A DNA stretch of 64,000 nt from Myxococcota bacterium (GTDB taxonomy: Bacteria > Myxococcota_A > Polyangia > Polyangiales > Houyiibacteriaceae), in the NCBI GenBank assembly GCA_025453555.1, contig JALOQC010000017.1, positions 3,868 through 67,867 of the forward strand. Direction: 5' to 3'. The notes beneath the pieces are model-generated. The model had not been told where the DNA came from. It was given only the letters and a program-made list of their open reading frames with translations, and ran no database searches. A program made the translations under genes and the position numbers. This document shows, piece by piece, positions 36,024-46,371 of this stretch (the first letter of the stretch is position 1; every line of letters starts with the position of its first letter).

Positions 36024-38183
36024 ATGACGATGGACGACTTCGATCCCACACCGACGATCGCCGCTCAGCTCGAGCTCCCCGCGCGGGGCGTGGCCGCGGT
36101 GGTGAAGCTGCTGGAGGAGGGCGCGACGGTGCCCTTCATCGCGCGTTACCGAAAGGAAGCGACGGGTGGGCTCGACGAGGTCGCGATCCGCGCGATCCAA
36201 GAGGCGCGCACCTACCTCGTGGAGCTCGAGACGCGTCGGCGGGCGATCCTCGCGGAGATCGAGAAACAAGGCGCGCTCACGCCGGAGCTCACGCGAAAGA
36301 TCCGTGCCGCGACCACCAAGCAGGTCCTCGAAGATCTCTACCTTCCGTTCAAGCCGAAGCGCCGCACGCGCGCGACCATGGCGCGCGAGCGAGGCCTCGA
36401 GCCGCTCGCGCAGCGCATCCTGGCGCAGCCGGACCAGGGCGATCCTTTCGCGGACGCGCGGCGCTTCGTGCGCACCGACGGTCCCGAGGAGCGGCGCGTG
36501 GAGGACGTCGACGTCGCGCTCGCGGGCGCGCGCGACATCGTGGCGGAGCGGGTGGCGGAGAACGCCGAGGTGCGCGCGCTGGTGCGCGAGACGTACGCGC
36601 GCGAGGCGGTGATGCACACGCGCGCGATCGCCGCGAAGACGAAGGAGCGCACGAAGTACGAGCAGTACTACGACCACCACGAGCCGCTCGCGCGCATGCC
36701 CTCGCATCGTTTCCTCGCGATCGCGCGCGGCAAGGCCGAGGGCGTGCTGCGCGTGAGCACCGAGATCGACGAGGCGCGTCTGCTCCCGCAGATCGAGCAG
36801 ACGGTGGGTCTGCGGCGTCGCTCGCCCTACGCGCGGCTCTATGCGGAGGCGATCGCGGACTCGCTCTCGCGTCTGCTCGGGCCGAGCGTGGAGAACGACG
36901 TGATCGCCCGTGCGGAGGAGCGCGCGCACCGTGAAGCGGTGGAGGTGTTCGCGAAGAACCTCGAAGCCTTGCTGCTCGCGGCGCCGCTCGGTGGAAAGCC
37001 CGTGCTCGGGGTGGACCCGGGCTTTCGGACCGGCTGCAAATGCGCGGTGGTCGACGAGACGGGGCGCTTCGTCGAGAACGCGACGATCTACCTAGGGCAA
37101 GGCGCGGCGAAGGAAGAGGAGGCCGCGCGGGTGCTGCGCGCGCTGGTGAAGAAGCATCGACCGGGCGCGATCGCGGTGGGCAACGGCACGGGAGGTCGGG
37201 AGGCGGAGGCGTTCGTGCGCGCGACGCTCGACGACGCGGTGGTGGTGTCGGTGAACGAAGCGGGCGCGAGCGTGTACAGCGCGAGCGACGTCGCGCGCGA
37301 GGAGTTCCCGGACCTGGACCTGACGGTGCGCGGGGCGATCTCGATCGCGCGGCGGCTGCAGGACCCGCTGGCGGAGCTCGTGAAGATCGAGCCGGAGTCG
37401 ATCGGCGTGGGGCAGTACCAGCACGACGTTCAGGCCACGCTCTTGAAGCAGAAGCTCGGCGAGGTGGTGGAGAGCTGCGTGAACCGCGTGGGCGTCGAGC
37501 TGAACACCGCGAGCGCGAGCCTGCTCTCGTACGTGGCAGGGCTCGGGCCGACGCGCGCGAAGAAGATCGTGGAGCACCGACGCAGCGAGGGGCGCTTCGA
37601 GAGCCGCGCCGCGCTGAAGAAGGTGTCGGGGATCGGGCCGCGGACCTTCGAGCAGTGCGCGGGGTTCTTGCGGGTTCGAGACGGTGCGCATCCGCTCGAC
37701 GGTTCTGCGGTTCATCCAGAGCGGTATGCGCTGGTGGAGAAGATCGCGCGCGACATGAAAGTCGCGTTGAAGGACCTCGTCGGTCACGCGGATCGGGCGC
37801 GGCAGATCGACGTGCGGAAGTGGGTGGGGGAGGGCGTGGGCGAGCCGACGCTGCGCGACATCGTGGCGGAGCTGGAGAAGCCGGGCCGCGACCCACGCGC
37901 GAGCTTCGAGCCGCCGAAGTTCCGCGACGACGTGCGCGAGCTCGAGGACCTGAAGGTCGGCATGGTGCTCGAAGGCGTGGTCACGAACGTGACGACCTTC
38001 GGCGCGTTCGTGGACCTCGGGGTGCACCAGGACGGGCTGGTGCACGTGTCGAAGCTGGCGGACCGGTTCGTCCGCGATCCGAACGAGGTCGTTCGTCCCG
38101 GGGATCGGATCACGGTGAAGGTGTTGGAGGTGGATCTCGCGCGGCGAAGGATCTCGCTCAGCGCGCGCTCGGCGGATCGGTGA
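36024..38183 (+). CDS. tex: Transcription accessory protein Tex (S1 RNA-binding domain protein)
   Basis: VVKLLEEGATVPFIARYRKEATGGLDE (Tex N-terminus), the YqgF-like GVDPGFRTGCKCAVVDETG, the HhH region, and the C-terminal S1 domain GMVLEGVVTNVTTFGAFVDLGVHQDGLVHVSKL. Confidence 0.95.
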   Translation: MTMDDFDPTPTIAAQLELPARGVAAVVKLLEEGATVPFIARYRKEATGGLDEVAIRAIQEARTYLVELETRRRAILAEIEKQGALTPELTRKIRAATTKQVLEDLYLPFKPKRRTRATMARERGLEPLAQRILAQPDQGDPFADARRFVRTDGPEERRVEDVDVALAGARDIVAERVAENAEVRALVRETYAREAVMHTRAIAAKTKERTKYEQYYDHHEPLARMPSHRFLAIARGKAEGVLRVSTEIDEARLLPQIEQTVGLRRRSPYARLYAEAIADSLSRLLGPSVENDVIARAEERAHREAVEVFAKNLEALLLAAPLGGKPVLGVDPGFRTGCKCAVVDETGRFVENATIYLGQGAAKEEEAARVLRALVKKHRPGAIAVGNGTGGREAEAFVRATLDDAVVVSVNEAGASVYSASDVAREEFPDLDLTVRGAISIARRLQDPLAELVKIEPESIGVGQYQHDVQATLLKQKLGEVVESCVNRVGVELNTASASLLSYVAGLGPTRAKKIVEHRRSEGRFESRAALKKVSGIGPRTFEQCAGFLRVRDGAHPLDGSAVHPERYALVEKIARDMKVALKDLVGHADRARQIDVRKWVGEGVGEPTLRDIVAELEKPGRDPRASFEPPKFRDDVRELEDLKVGMVLEGVVTNVTTFGAFVDLGVHQDGLVHVSKLADRFVRDPNEVVRPGDRITVKVLEVDLARRRISLSARSADR

Positions 38184-38210
38184 GCTCGCCGCCGGACGAG
38201 TGCTTTGGGT

Positions 38211-41200
38211 TCAAAGCCAGCCGAGCTTCATGCGGACGTCCTCCCGCCAGGGCGTGACGTGTGCGTCGGCTTCGAGCCTCGCGCGCACGCGTGGATCGGT
38301 GCGGGCCGGGAGGTTCGCGTTCGTGAGCGCGGGGTGCTCGAGCGCGTCGCCCACCGCCCAGAGGACGAGGTCGGGCTCGCCCGATCGCGTCGCGAGCGCA
38401 TCGGCGGCGGCGCGAAGGTCGGCGCGAGCGCGGAGCTGCGCGAGGAGCGTGGGCTCGGCGCGGAGCTCCGCGATCCACGCGGAAGCCGACACCACGCGGC
38501 GACGGGCTTCCCAGCGGGCGCCGAGCGTCGCGTCTTCGCGTGCCGCGCGGAGGACCCCCTCCATCAGGAGCGCGTGGGCTTCGAGCGTCAGCCCGAAGAG
38601 GCCCGGTGCGCTCGCGGCGCGAAGGGACACCACCGCGCGGGCGGCGTCGTTCGGATCGGAGGTGACGGTCGCGAGGCGGAGCATCGCGTCCGCGAAGAGC
38701 AGGTGTGCGGCGGCCACCGTCGCGGCATCGCCACGCGCCTCCGTCTCCGAGAGCACGGCCTGCGCGTGCGCCACGCGGGTGTCGATCTCGCGCCGCGTGC
38801 GCTCGTCGTCGTCGCCGCGCGCGTAGGCTTCGTAGCGCTGTCGCGCCTCCGCGTCCGCGAAGTCGATCTCACGCAGGCGCGCGTAGACCCGCATCTCGGC
38901 GTCGCGCTCCTCGAAGCGTCGCGCGCGATCGCGCTCGGCGTCGTGCGCGCCCGACATCGTCGGCGCCAACACCGCGGCTTGGCGCCAGAGCTCGGTGGCG
39001 CGGCGGTGCGAGGGATCGCGTCGCAGCTCGTCGAGCACCCGGGCCCGTTCGGGGCCGTCCAGCATCGCGTCCGCCAGCATCTCCGTGCTGGCCGCGTCGA
39101 GCCGAAGCACACCCGTGCGCACGCGTCGCTCGACCACCCGGACGAAGCTGCGGTGTTGATGGACCGAGGCGAGGTTCGAGACCACGATCGCGCTGTCCGG
39201 CTCACGTCGCGCGCTCTGCTCCAGCAGCTCCACCGCGCGGTCGAGCGCGCCAGTCTCCCCCGTCACGCCGTGCACGCGCGCCCAGGCGAGCGCCGCGTTG
39301 TTCGACGCCGCGCCGTTGGTATCGGCGTCCGCCTCGTAGCCGCGCGCCACCTCTCGAAATCCGTTCGCGGCCTCGTCCCAGCGGCGCGCCTCGAGCGCTC
39401 GCTCCGCGCGCACGTTCTGGAGCTGGAGCCGCACGTACGAGAGCTCGGACGGCGCGCGGCTGAGCCAGAGCTCTTCGTCGTCGAGGTTCGTCGCGAGCTG
39501 GGCGAGCACGATCGCCGCCTGCCCCTTCACCGACTCGTCGCCGTCCGCGTACGCGCGCTCGGCGTTCGTGCGCGAGGGCCCGGAGAGCGAGAGCTCGCGG
39601 TAGACCTCCGCGACGTGCAGCCGCAGCGCGGGCGACTCGGTCGCCACCGCCTCGAGCTCCGCGTCACCCTCCGCACGTCGACCGAGGCGGTGGTAGACCT
39701 GCCCGAGGCCCACGTGGAACTCGGGCGCGCCCTCCGCCTCTTGGCGAATCGCGAGGAACACCCGCTCGGCCTCCTGCAGCAACGCCGCCCGCTCTTCTCC
39801 GTCGCGCGCTTCGGCGCGTTGGAGCTGCAGCGTCCCGAGCGCGAGCGAAGCGGGCACGACGTCGGAGAACTGTTCGAGCTGATCGCGCATCGCGGTCAAA
39901 CGTGGATTGTTCGCGAGCTGCTCGCGCGCATACTCTTGAAAGAGCTGCAACATCTCGGCTTCGTCGTGCACGCCTCTCAAACGCGCGTTGAGCGCGGAGT
40001 CGCTGCCGTTCTCGGCCTTCGTCGCGAGGTCCGAGTAGATCTCCTCGGCGAGCGCGTCGTGGTACTGGATCGCGGTCTGGTAGCGACCGAGCCGATCGCG
40101 GACGTGGCGGTCGAGCAACCGCGCCGCTTCGTCGAGCTCTCCGAGATCGCGCAGCAGCGATGCGTACGAGACCAGCGCGTCCGGTACGAGCCAGCCGGGC
40201 TGGACCTCCCCGAAGACCGCGCGGGCTTCCTCGAGCCGACCCTCGAAGCGAAGATGATCTGCGAGCGCGGCGGCGAGCACGCGGTCGTTCGGGGCTCGAG
40301 CCAGCGCTGCACGAAGCGCCTCCACGTCGTCCGACGCCAGCGCCTCCATGCGGGTCGCGTCGGTGCAGCGCAGCCGTGCCGCTTCGAGCTTCGCCTCGAG
40401 GGCTGCGCGTCGATCGCCGGCGTGCATCCGCAACCACGTGTGGATCGGCAGGTCGATCGCGCACCACGTCGCGTCGTCGTCGAGCGCTTCGACTTGGGTC
40501 ACCAGCTCACCGATTCGATCGGCCACTCCCGGCGCGCTCAGATGATCGGCATAGCGCTGGAGCGCAGCGAGCGGCCACTCCTCGCGGAGCCGATCGGCCA
40601 CCGCGAGGGTGGCGTCGATCGACAGACGCTGTGCCTCGAGATCGCTCGGCGCCACCCGCGCCACCGCCGCCGCGAGCCGTGCGCTCGCTTCCGCTGCCTC
40701 GAGGCTTTCGGCGCCGACCTGTCCACGCCACCGCTCGAGCGCTTCCTTCACGCGCGGGGTGACGGTCTCGCGCCCCGCGGGGAGCGACTGCAGCCGCAGC
40801 ACCACGCGCTCCGCCTCGTCGACGCGCCGCGCGGTCATCGGCTCGCTCACGCCCGCGATCGTCGCGTCGATCACCGCGAGCGCCGCGGGCGTCACCGCGC
40901 CGGGCGCGTCGTAGCCGTACTCTTCGAGGATCGCGTCGTAGCGCGCGAGCCGTGCCGGGCCCTCCAGCGCCTCCGCCTCGGCGATCGCTTCGGCCGCGCG
41001 CCGTCCGGGGGAGCTCCACCACGCGTGCGCGAAGAACCCCGTCAGACCGAGCACGGCGGCCACGAGCACACCCACCTGAGCGAGCCGTGCGAAGGGCGAG
41101 AGACGCACCTTCGCATAGAAGGTGTACTTGCTGTCGCCGTGATTGAAGACGCGGTACGCGGCGATCGGAAAGACCGGCATGAAGGCCACGACCGCGCAGA

Positions 41201-41861
41201 GGGTCGAGACGTAGGTTCCGTCCTCCCACCGATCGCGCGCGCCGTGGAGCATCGTGCCGATGGAGTTGAACGTGAACATCGAGGGCGCGCCTTCGAGCGG
41301 TCGCAAGCCGTCGAGCGCCGCGTCGACGAGCTTCCGGAGCGCGGGCGCCTCCGTCTTCAGCTTCTTCAGGAGCGCGTCGCCCTCGCGAAACCGCTGCTCG
41401 CGGTGATGCGCGCGCGCGGCGAGCAACGTGCGGTATCCCGCGGGATCGGCCTCCGACGCGTCGAGCTCGTTGCGCGCGGCCTCGGACCGAGCCCAGCGTC
41501 GCGCGATGCGGCGCGCTTCGCTGGCGCCGAGTCGATCGCCGCTCGTGTCGAGGAGGGTCGCGAGCTCCACCGCGACCATCGCGACGTTCTCCACGATCCC
41601 ATCGTGCGCGGCGAGCTCGGGTGAGCGCTCCAGCTCGCTGGCGACCTCGTCCCGAAAGCGACGCCACGCGGCGTCGAGGCGCGCGGGGTCGACGGGCCCG
41701 GAAGAGGCTCCCGCAGACGGAGCCCCCGCAGACGGAGCCCCCGCAGACGGTGATCCCATGGATGGGGCGAGAGGGGCGAGGGCGTCGAGCTCGTGGCCGA
41801 GAGCTTGGAGCGCGATCATGAGGGGCGGCGGCGAGTCCATGCGGAACTCTACCCGGAACAA
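38211..41861 (-). CDS. Large TPR/helical-repeat membrane protein (hypothetical, about 1216 aa)
   Basis: Continuous 1216-codon ORF with protein-like helical repeats and two hydrophobic segments (STLCAVVAFMPVFPIAAY, AQVGVLVAAVLGLTGFF). It has an in-frame GAPSA x3 repeat near the N-terminus. The start could be 41840. Confidence 0.65.
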   Translation of the reverse strand: MFRVEFRMDSPPPLMIALQALGHELDALAPLAPSMGSPSAGAPSAGAPSAGASSGPVDPARLDAAWRRFRDEVASELERSPELAAHDGIVENVAMVAVELATLLDTSGDRLGASEARRIARRWARSEAARNELDASEADPAGYRTLLAARAHHREQRFREGDALLKKLKTEAPALRKLVDAALDGLRPLEGAPSMFTFNSIGTMLHGARDRWEDGTYVSTLCAVVAFMPVFPIAAYRVFNHGDSKYTFYAKVRLSPFARLAQVGVLVAAVLGLTGFFAHAWWSSPGRRAAEAIAEAEALEGPARLARYDAILEEYGYDAPGAVTPAALAVIDATIAGVSEPMTARRVDEAERVVLRLQSLPAGRETVTPRVKEALERWRGQVGAESLEAAEASARLAAAVARVAPSDLEAQRLSIDATLAVADRLREEWPLAALQRYADHLSAPGVADRIGELVTQVEALDDDATWCAIDLPIHTWLRMHAGDRRAALEAKLEAARLRCTDATRMEALASDDVEALRAALARAPNDRVLAAALADHLRFEGRLEEARAVFGEVQPGWLVPDALVSYASLLRDLGELDEAARLLDRHVRDRLGRYQTAIQYHDALAEEIYSDLATKAENGSDSALNARLRGVHDEAEMLQLFQEYAREQLANNPRLTAMRDQLEQFSDVVPASLALGTLQLQRAEARDGEERAALLQEAERVFLAIRQEAEGAPEFHVGLGQVYHRLGRRAEGDAELEAVATESPALRLHVAEVYRELSLSGPSRTNAERAYADGDESVKGQAAIVLAQLATNLDDEELWLSRAPSELSYVRLQLQNVRAERALEARRWDEAANGFREVARGYEADADTNGAASNNAALAWARVHGVTGETGALDRAVELLEQSARREPDSAIVVSNLASVHQHRSFVRVVERRVRTGVLRLDAASTEMLADAMLDGPERARVLDELRRDPSHRRATELWRQAAVLAPTMSGAHDAERDRARRFEERDAEMRVYARLREIDFADAEARQRYEAYARGDDDERTRREIDTRVAHAQAVLSETEARGDAATVAAAHLLFADAMLRLATVTSDPNDAARAVVSLRAASAPGLFGLTLEAHALLMEGVLRAAREDATLGARWEARRRVVSASAWIAELRAEPTLLAQLRARADLRAAADALATRSGEPDLVLWAVGDALEHPALTNANLPARTDPRVRARLEADAHVTPWREDVRMKLGWL

Positions 41862-42103
41862 TCGCGGAATCGACGCCGTGATCTGGTCGAGAAACGACCA
41901 TCTTCACGAGAACGTTGCCGATCGTGCTCATCCGTCTCACCCGTTTGGGTGATGCGGGGGGCGTCGTTCACTTCCCGTTCTCTTCCGCGGTCTTCGCCCC
42001 GTGCGACGACCCGACGAGGCGCGCCCCGGTGCTCCGGCCCTCGGTCCGCGCCCGCTCGTCGGTGCCCGGACGACGCGCGCCACTCGGGGGCTTCGGTCGA
42101 GCG

Positions 42104-42967
42104 TCAGCGCAGCCAACCCACGAGCCGCGCCGCCAGATGCTCCACCACCGCGCGCACCGCGGGGTTCGAGCGGCTCTCTTCGTGGCTCACCACGTAGACC
42201 TCGCGTCCGACCTCGACCTCTTCGAGCGCCTCGAGCCCACGCAGCATCGTGGCCGGCACGAGCGCGAGGCCTGCGCCGGCGCGGGCGGCCACCAGCTGCG
42301 AGCGCGCGGAGCTCGTGCGCAGGCCGACGCGCGCTTTCGGAAGACGTCGCGCGAGCCACGCGCCCTCCGGAGGTGCGCCCTCGTCCACGTACGTGAGCAC
42401 GACGTGGCCCTCGCCTTCACCGAGGGCTCGTCCGTGCACGTCGAGGTACTCGGGGGTCGCCGCGAGCGCGTAGCGGATCACGCCGACTCGCCGCGCGAGC
42501 AAGCGCTGATGCTCCGGGCGCGCGACCCGCACCGCGACGTCGGCCTCGCCGCGCTCCAGGCTCACGATGCCGGCCTCCTCGCGAAGCACGAGCTCGAGCT
42601 CCGCGTGTCGCGCGAGCAGCTCGCCGAGCAGCGGCGCGATCGTCTCCTGCGCCATCGTCGGGGGCGCGCTCACCACCACGCGCCCCGCGATGCGATCGAG
42701 CGATCCCTTGGCGACCCGTTCGAGCCCGCGGATCTCGGACTCCACGCGCTCGGCGCGCTCGATCACCGCGCGGCCCGCGTCCGTGGGCTGCAGGCCACGT
42801 GCGGTGCGTTCGAAGAGCTTCACTCCGAGGCTGCTCTCGATCGCGTCGAGGCGACGGCTGATCGTCGCCGCGTTCACGCCGAGGGTGCGCGCCGCGCCCC
42901 CGACCGAGCCCGTGCGCGCGGAGGCGAGGAGCACGCGGATCAGATCCCAATCGAGCGTGTCGATCAC
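42104..42967 (-). CDS. LysR-family transcriptional regulator
   Basis: N-terminal wHTH LDWDLIRVLLASARTGSVGGAARTLGVNAATISRRLDAIE plus a LysR substrate-binding-like C-terminal domain. It is divergent from the hydrolase gene. Confidence 0.9.
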   Translation of the reverse strand: MIDTLDWDLIRVLLASARTGSVGGAARTLGVNAATISRRLDAIESSLGVKLFERTARGLQPTDAGRAVIERAERVESEIRGLERVAKGSLDRIAGRVVVSAPPTMAQETIAPLLGELLARHAELELVLREEAGIVSLERGEADVAVRVARPEHQRLLARRVGVIRYALAATPEYLDVHGRALGEGEGHVVLTYVDEGAPPEGAWLARRLPKARVGLRTSSARSQLVAARAGAGLALVPATMLRGLEALEEVEVGREVYVVSHEESRSNPAVRAVVEHLAARLVGWLR

Positions 42968-43005
42968 GGACGCACCTTGCCAGCGTGGACGTGCTCGCCG
43001 CCAGC

Positions 43006-43068
43006 GCCCGTCGTGATCGGACGGCGCTTCGCGCCCGTCGTGATCGGACGGCGCTTCGCGCCCGTCTC
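43006..43068. promoter_or_regulatory. 27-nt direct repeat x2.3 in the LysR/hydrolase divergent promoter region (candidate operator)
   Basis: GCCCGTCGTGATCGGACGGCGCTTCGC occurs at 43006 and 43033, with a partial copy at 43060. It sits 39 nt upstream of the LysR start codon. Function is inferred only from position. Confidence 0.35.
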
Positions 43069-43304
43069 GGATCGCGGCGGTCGTTCAACCACACGATCTC
43101 GCGCTGCCCGATCGTTTCGCGGAATCGTGTCGACGATTCCACTTCGATTCCTGCAAGGGCGCCTTGCGCGCATGCGGGCTGCCGCGACGCACGCGCGTTC
43201 GCCATGTTGCTCCCACGCGTCGCGCGACGGCGCGGACCTCACTCGGCGCGGACCGCGGGAACCCTTCGGGTCTCGACGGTCGAACGCGCCCGAAAGGCGC
43301 CCCA

Positions 43305-44273
43305 ATGGATCAGGATCTCGCATTCGCTGGCGTTCCGCGCGCGTCCTCGGACCCTCGCCCACACCGCCCCGACGCGCTCGACCTCGCGGTGTCCCGCCCT
43401 GCGCCGGACGAGGGCCCGGAGCCGGGCCGCGCGCTCAGCGTCCACGCGCTCGACGGCTACGAGCTCGGCGCGCGCTTCTTCGAGGCCTCGTCGCCGCGCC
43501 TTCGCGTGCTGATCGCGGGCGGCACCGGGATCCCTTCGCGCTTCTACCGACACTTCGCGGCTTGGCTCGCGGAGCGCGGCGCGTCGACGCTCACCTTCGA
43601 CTACCGCGGCATCGGCACCTCGCGGCGCGGCTCGCTGCGCGGCGCTCCGCACGGCTACCTCGACTGGGCGACCTCGGATCTTCCGGGCGCGCTCGCGGCG
43701 TTGGAGTCGCTCGCGCCGAACGTACCGACCGTGATCGTCGGCCACAGCTTCGGCGGGCAGGCGCTCGGGCTCACCGACGCCGCGAAGCGCGCGGACGCGA
43801 TCGCGATGATCGCGTCGCAGTCGGGCTACTGGAAGAACTGGAGCGGCGCCAAGCGCTGGCGGCTCGGGCTCCTCTGGCACGTGACGGCGCCGCTCGTGAC
43901 CTCGACCCTCGGCTACGTGCCCGGATCCCTAGGTGTGGGCGAGGATCTGCCCGCCGAGGTGATGAACGATTGGGCGCGCTGGTGTCGCACGCCCGGCTAC
44001 TACACGTCGCACGTGACCGGCTCCGCGGAGCGACTCGCGAGCTTGGCGATGCCGCGTCTCGTGGTCGGTTTCGACGACGACGGGTACGCGCCGAAGGCCG
44101 CGGTGGACGAGCTCGCGAGCTGGCAGAACGCCGAGGGCCTCGATCGGGTGCAGCTCGCGCCCGACGATCTCGCGCGCACGCGCATCGGACACTTCGGCTT
44201 CTTCCGACCGGACGTGACGCGCGGCTGGTCGTGGTTGCTCGGTTGGATCGACGACGCGCTCGCGGCGCGGTGA
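43305..44273 (+). CDS. Alpha/beta-fold hydrolase
   Basis: LIAGGTGIPSRFYRHFAAWLAERG...DYRGIGTS...VGHSFGGQALG (GxSxG nucleophile elbow)...IGHFGFF. Start taken at MDQDL. Confidence 0.75.
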   Translation: MDQDLAFAGVPRASSDPRPHRPDALDLAVSRPAPDEGPEPGRALSVHALDGYELGARFFEASSPRLRVLIAGGTGIPSRFYRHFAAWLAERGASTLTFDYRGIGTSRRGSLRGAPHGYLDWATSDLPGALAALESLAPNVPTVIVGHSFGGQALGLTDAAKRADAIAMIASQSGYWKNWSGAKRWRLGLLWHVTAPLVTSTLGYVPGSLGVGEDLPAEVMNDWARWCRTPGYYTSHVTGSAERLASLAMPRLVVGFDDDGYAPKAAVDELASWQNAEGLDRVQLAPDDLARTRIGHFGFFRPDVTRGWSWLLGWIDDALAAR

Positions 44274-44500
44274 TGGACGTGACGCGAGCGCGCGACGACT
44301 CGGGTCGATCGCGCGAGTCCTTTGCGGGATGACCGCGCGCTCGCGCGAGGCTCGTGCTCGACGTGTGCTCGCACGAGGCTCGCGTTCGGCACGCGCTGGA
44401 GCGGCGCGTCGGGTGCGCGTGAGCGTCGTCGAGCGCCCCGCTTGACCGAACCCCGCGCGCACGTAGCTTTGGCGACCGGCCATCCGGCCGCCCGAGCACC

Positions 44501-45380
44501 ATGTCCAGAGAACCCCGCGACCTCGATCCTCTCAACGCCCACCTCGACCGCGCGTGGGATCTCGTCGCGGAGGGTGACTTCGAAGGCGCGTTCGCGGCGG
44601 CGCAGAAGTCGCTCGAGATCGACGAGGCCTCGCCCGAAGCGCACAACCTGATGGGCTACGTGCTCGCCGCCAACGGCCAGCTCGGCGACGCGCTCGAGCA
44701 CTACCGCGAGGCGATCGAGCTCGACGGGAGCTTCTTCGAGGCGATGCTCAACGCGTCCGAGGCGTTCCTCCAGCTCGGGCAGCTCCAAGAGGCGCTCGCG
44801 ATGGCGAGCGACGCGCAAGACGTCGCGCACACCGACGACGAGAAGGCCGACGCGCTGCTCTTGCAGATCGACGCGCTGCTCGCGGCGGGACGTCGCGAGG
44901 AGGCGGAGGCGCTGGTGCCCGATCTGCCGCGTGGTCCCTTCGAGAACCAACACCTCGAGTTCCTCGTCGGCCGCGCGCTCTACGAGACGGGCGACGTCGA
45001 GGGCGCGTCGATGCGCATCGAACAAGCCGCGCTGACCGGTAGCACCGACCCCGAGGTCTTCTACTACCTCGGCCTCGTGCGCGAGAACCGCGGCGACGTG
45101 CGCGGCGCGACGGCGGCGTTCCTTCAGTCGCGCGATCTCGAGCTCGATCTCCCACGCGCGCCGTGGTCGGAGCCCTTCGCGCGCTTCGAGCGGCGGGTGG
45201 CGGCCGCGCTGCGTGCGCTCCCGGAGCCGCTCGCGCACGCGCTCGACGGCGCGCTCGTGGTGGTCGACGATCTCCCGGGCGCGGAGGTCGTGAGCGAAGG
45301 CGTCGATCCGCGCGCCACGGTGTTGCTCGACGATCTCCCGCTCTCGGACGGAACCACGCTGCGGCGTTGCTTCGTTTCGA
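44501..45380 (+). CDS. TPR protein fused to the N-terminal half of a DUF1025/Zincin_1-like domain; 3' end uncertain, possibly truncated
   Basis: TPR-like N-terminus (AHNLMGYVLAANGQLGDALEHYREAIELD...). Then FARFERRVAAALRALPEPLAHALDGALVVVDDLPGAEVVSEGVDPRATVLLDDLP resembles the first half of the small 'metallopeptidase family protein' domain. No HExxH follows in any frame. The formal ORF runs on to 45832 through a 36-nt repeat and into the next gene. Confidence 0.5.
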
Positions 45381-45416
45381 GTGAGCGAGCGTTCGCGCGG
45401 TGTCCTCGCTGCCAGC

Positions 45417-45505
45417 GCGGAGTCGCTCGGCGCGCGATGCCTCGCTTCGCGTGCGGAGTCGCTCTGCGCGCGATGCCTCGCTTCGCGTGCGGAGTCGCTC
45501 TGCGA
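45417..45505. repeat. 36-nt tandem repeat x2.4
   Basis: GCGGAGTCGCTC(G/T)GCGCGCGATGCCTCGCTTCGCGT starts at 45417 and 45453, with a partial copy at 45489. A further CGGAGTCGCTCCGCG lies at about 45538. Confidence 0.9.
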
Positions 45506-45612
45506 GGAGTCCTTCGCGGCGTCCGTCGCGCTCTTCACGGAGTCGCTCCGCGTTCGCGCGGAGCCCGGAACGCGAATCGCGTGTGGCTCCGAGATCGGGC
45601 ACCGTTCGTGGC

Positions 45613-46371
45613 ATGCCCACGCTCACCGAACGACTCGCGGCTCTCGAGGACGGCGACCGAAACGCCCTGCACGCGATCCTGCACGGGCTCGGCCACGTCA
45701 GCGTGCCGCACCTCTCGCTCGCTGCGGTGTCGCTCATGGCGAAGCGCCCGCTCACGGCGATGCGCACGCTCGCGTGGATCACCACGCACGTCGCGGAGCC
45801 CACGGATCGCATGCTGCGCGACGAGTGGCTGAAGGTGCACAACAACGCGTGCTACCTCGCCAACTTCCACGGCGAGCCGGACGAGCGACGCGCGATCGTC
45901 GCGCGTGCCCTCCGCGTCGCGCCCGCGAACCCGCCGATCTTCCACAACGCGGCCTGTGTGCTGTGCAAGCTCGGCGACCTCGACGCCGCGCTCGACGCGA
46001 TCCGTCGTGGGGTCGCGAGCGGCTACGACGACGTGACGATCGCGTCGATCCGTGAGGACGACGATCTCGCGCCGATCCGTGGCGAAGCCTTCGACGCGAT
46101 CCTCGCCCGCGCCGACGCGCTCGCGCTGCCCGCGTGGGCCGAGGGATACACGGCAGCGGCGTTCTCGCAGTTCCGCGAGTCGGTGCGCACGATCCTGCCC
46201 GACCCCGATCTGTCGACCTTCGAGGACGGTTTCATCGCGTGGGTCGATCCGGACTCCGGCTTCGAGCGCGTGTTCGAGCTGCGCGAGCTGGCGGCGGAGT
46301 GTCGTGGTGTCTCCGCGATCGAGTGCACCGAGATCGTGCACCGACACTTCCACGCGCTCTTCCACCATTGA
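45613..46371 (+). CDS. Hypothetical protein (252 aa)
   Basis: The internal start MPTLTERLAALEDGD... gives a protein-like sequence to the stop (...IVHRHFHALFHH). The upstream part of ORF 45400-46371 is a translation of the 36-nt repeat. Confidence 0.55.
   Translation: MPTLTERLAALEDGDRNALHAILHGLGHVSVPHLSLAAVSLMAKRPLTAMRTLAWITTHVAEPTDRMLRDEWLKVHNNACYLANFHGEPDERRAIVARALRVAPANPPIFHNAACVLCKLGDLDAALDAIRRGVASGYDDVTIASIREDDDLAPIRGEAFDAILARADALALPAWAEGYTAAAFSQFRESVRTILPDPDLSTFEDGFIAWVDPDSGFERVFELRELAAECRGVSAIECTEIVHRHFHALFHH

Noticed and set aside
45381-46055. ORFs reading through the 36-nt repeat in other frames or on the other strand (45381-46055 +, 44000-45538 -, 44748-45845 -).
   Set aside because: All give periodic repeat-derived or Arg-rich sequence without motifs, and they overlap better-supported genes.
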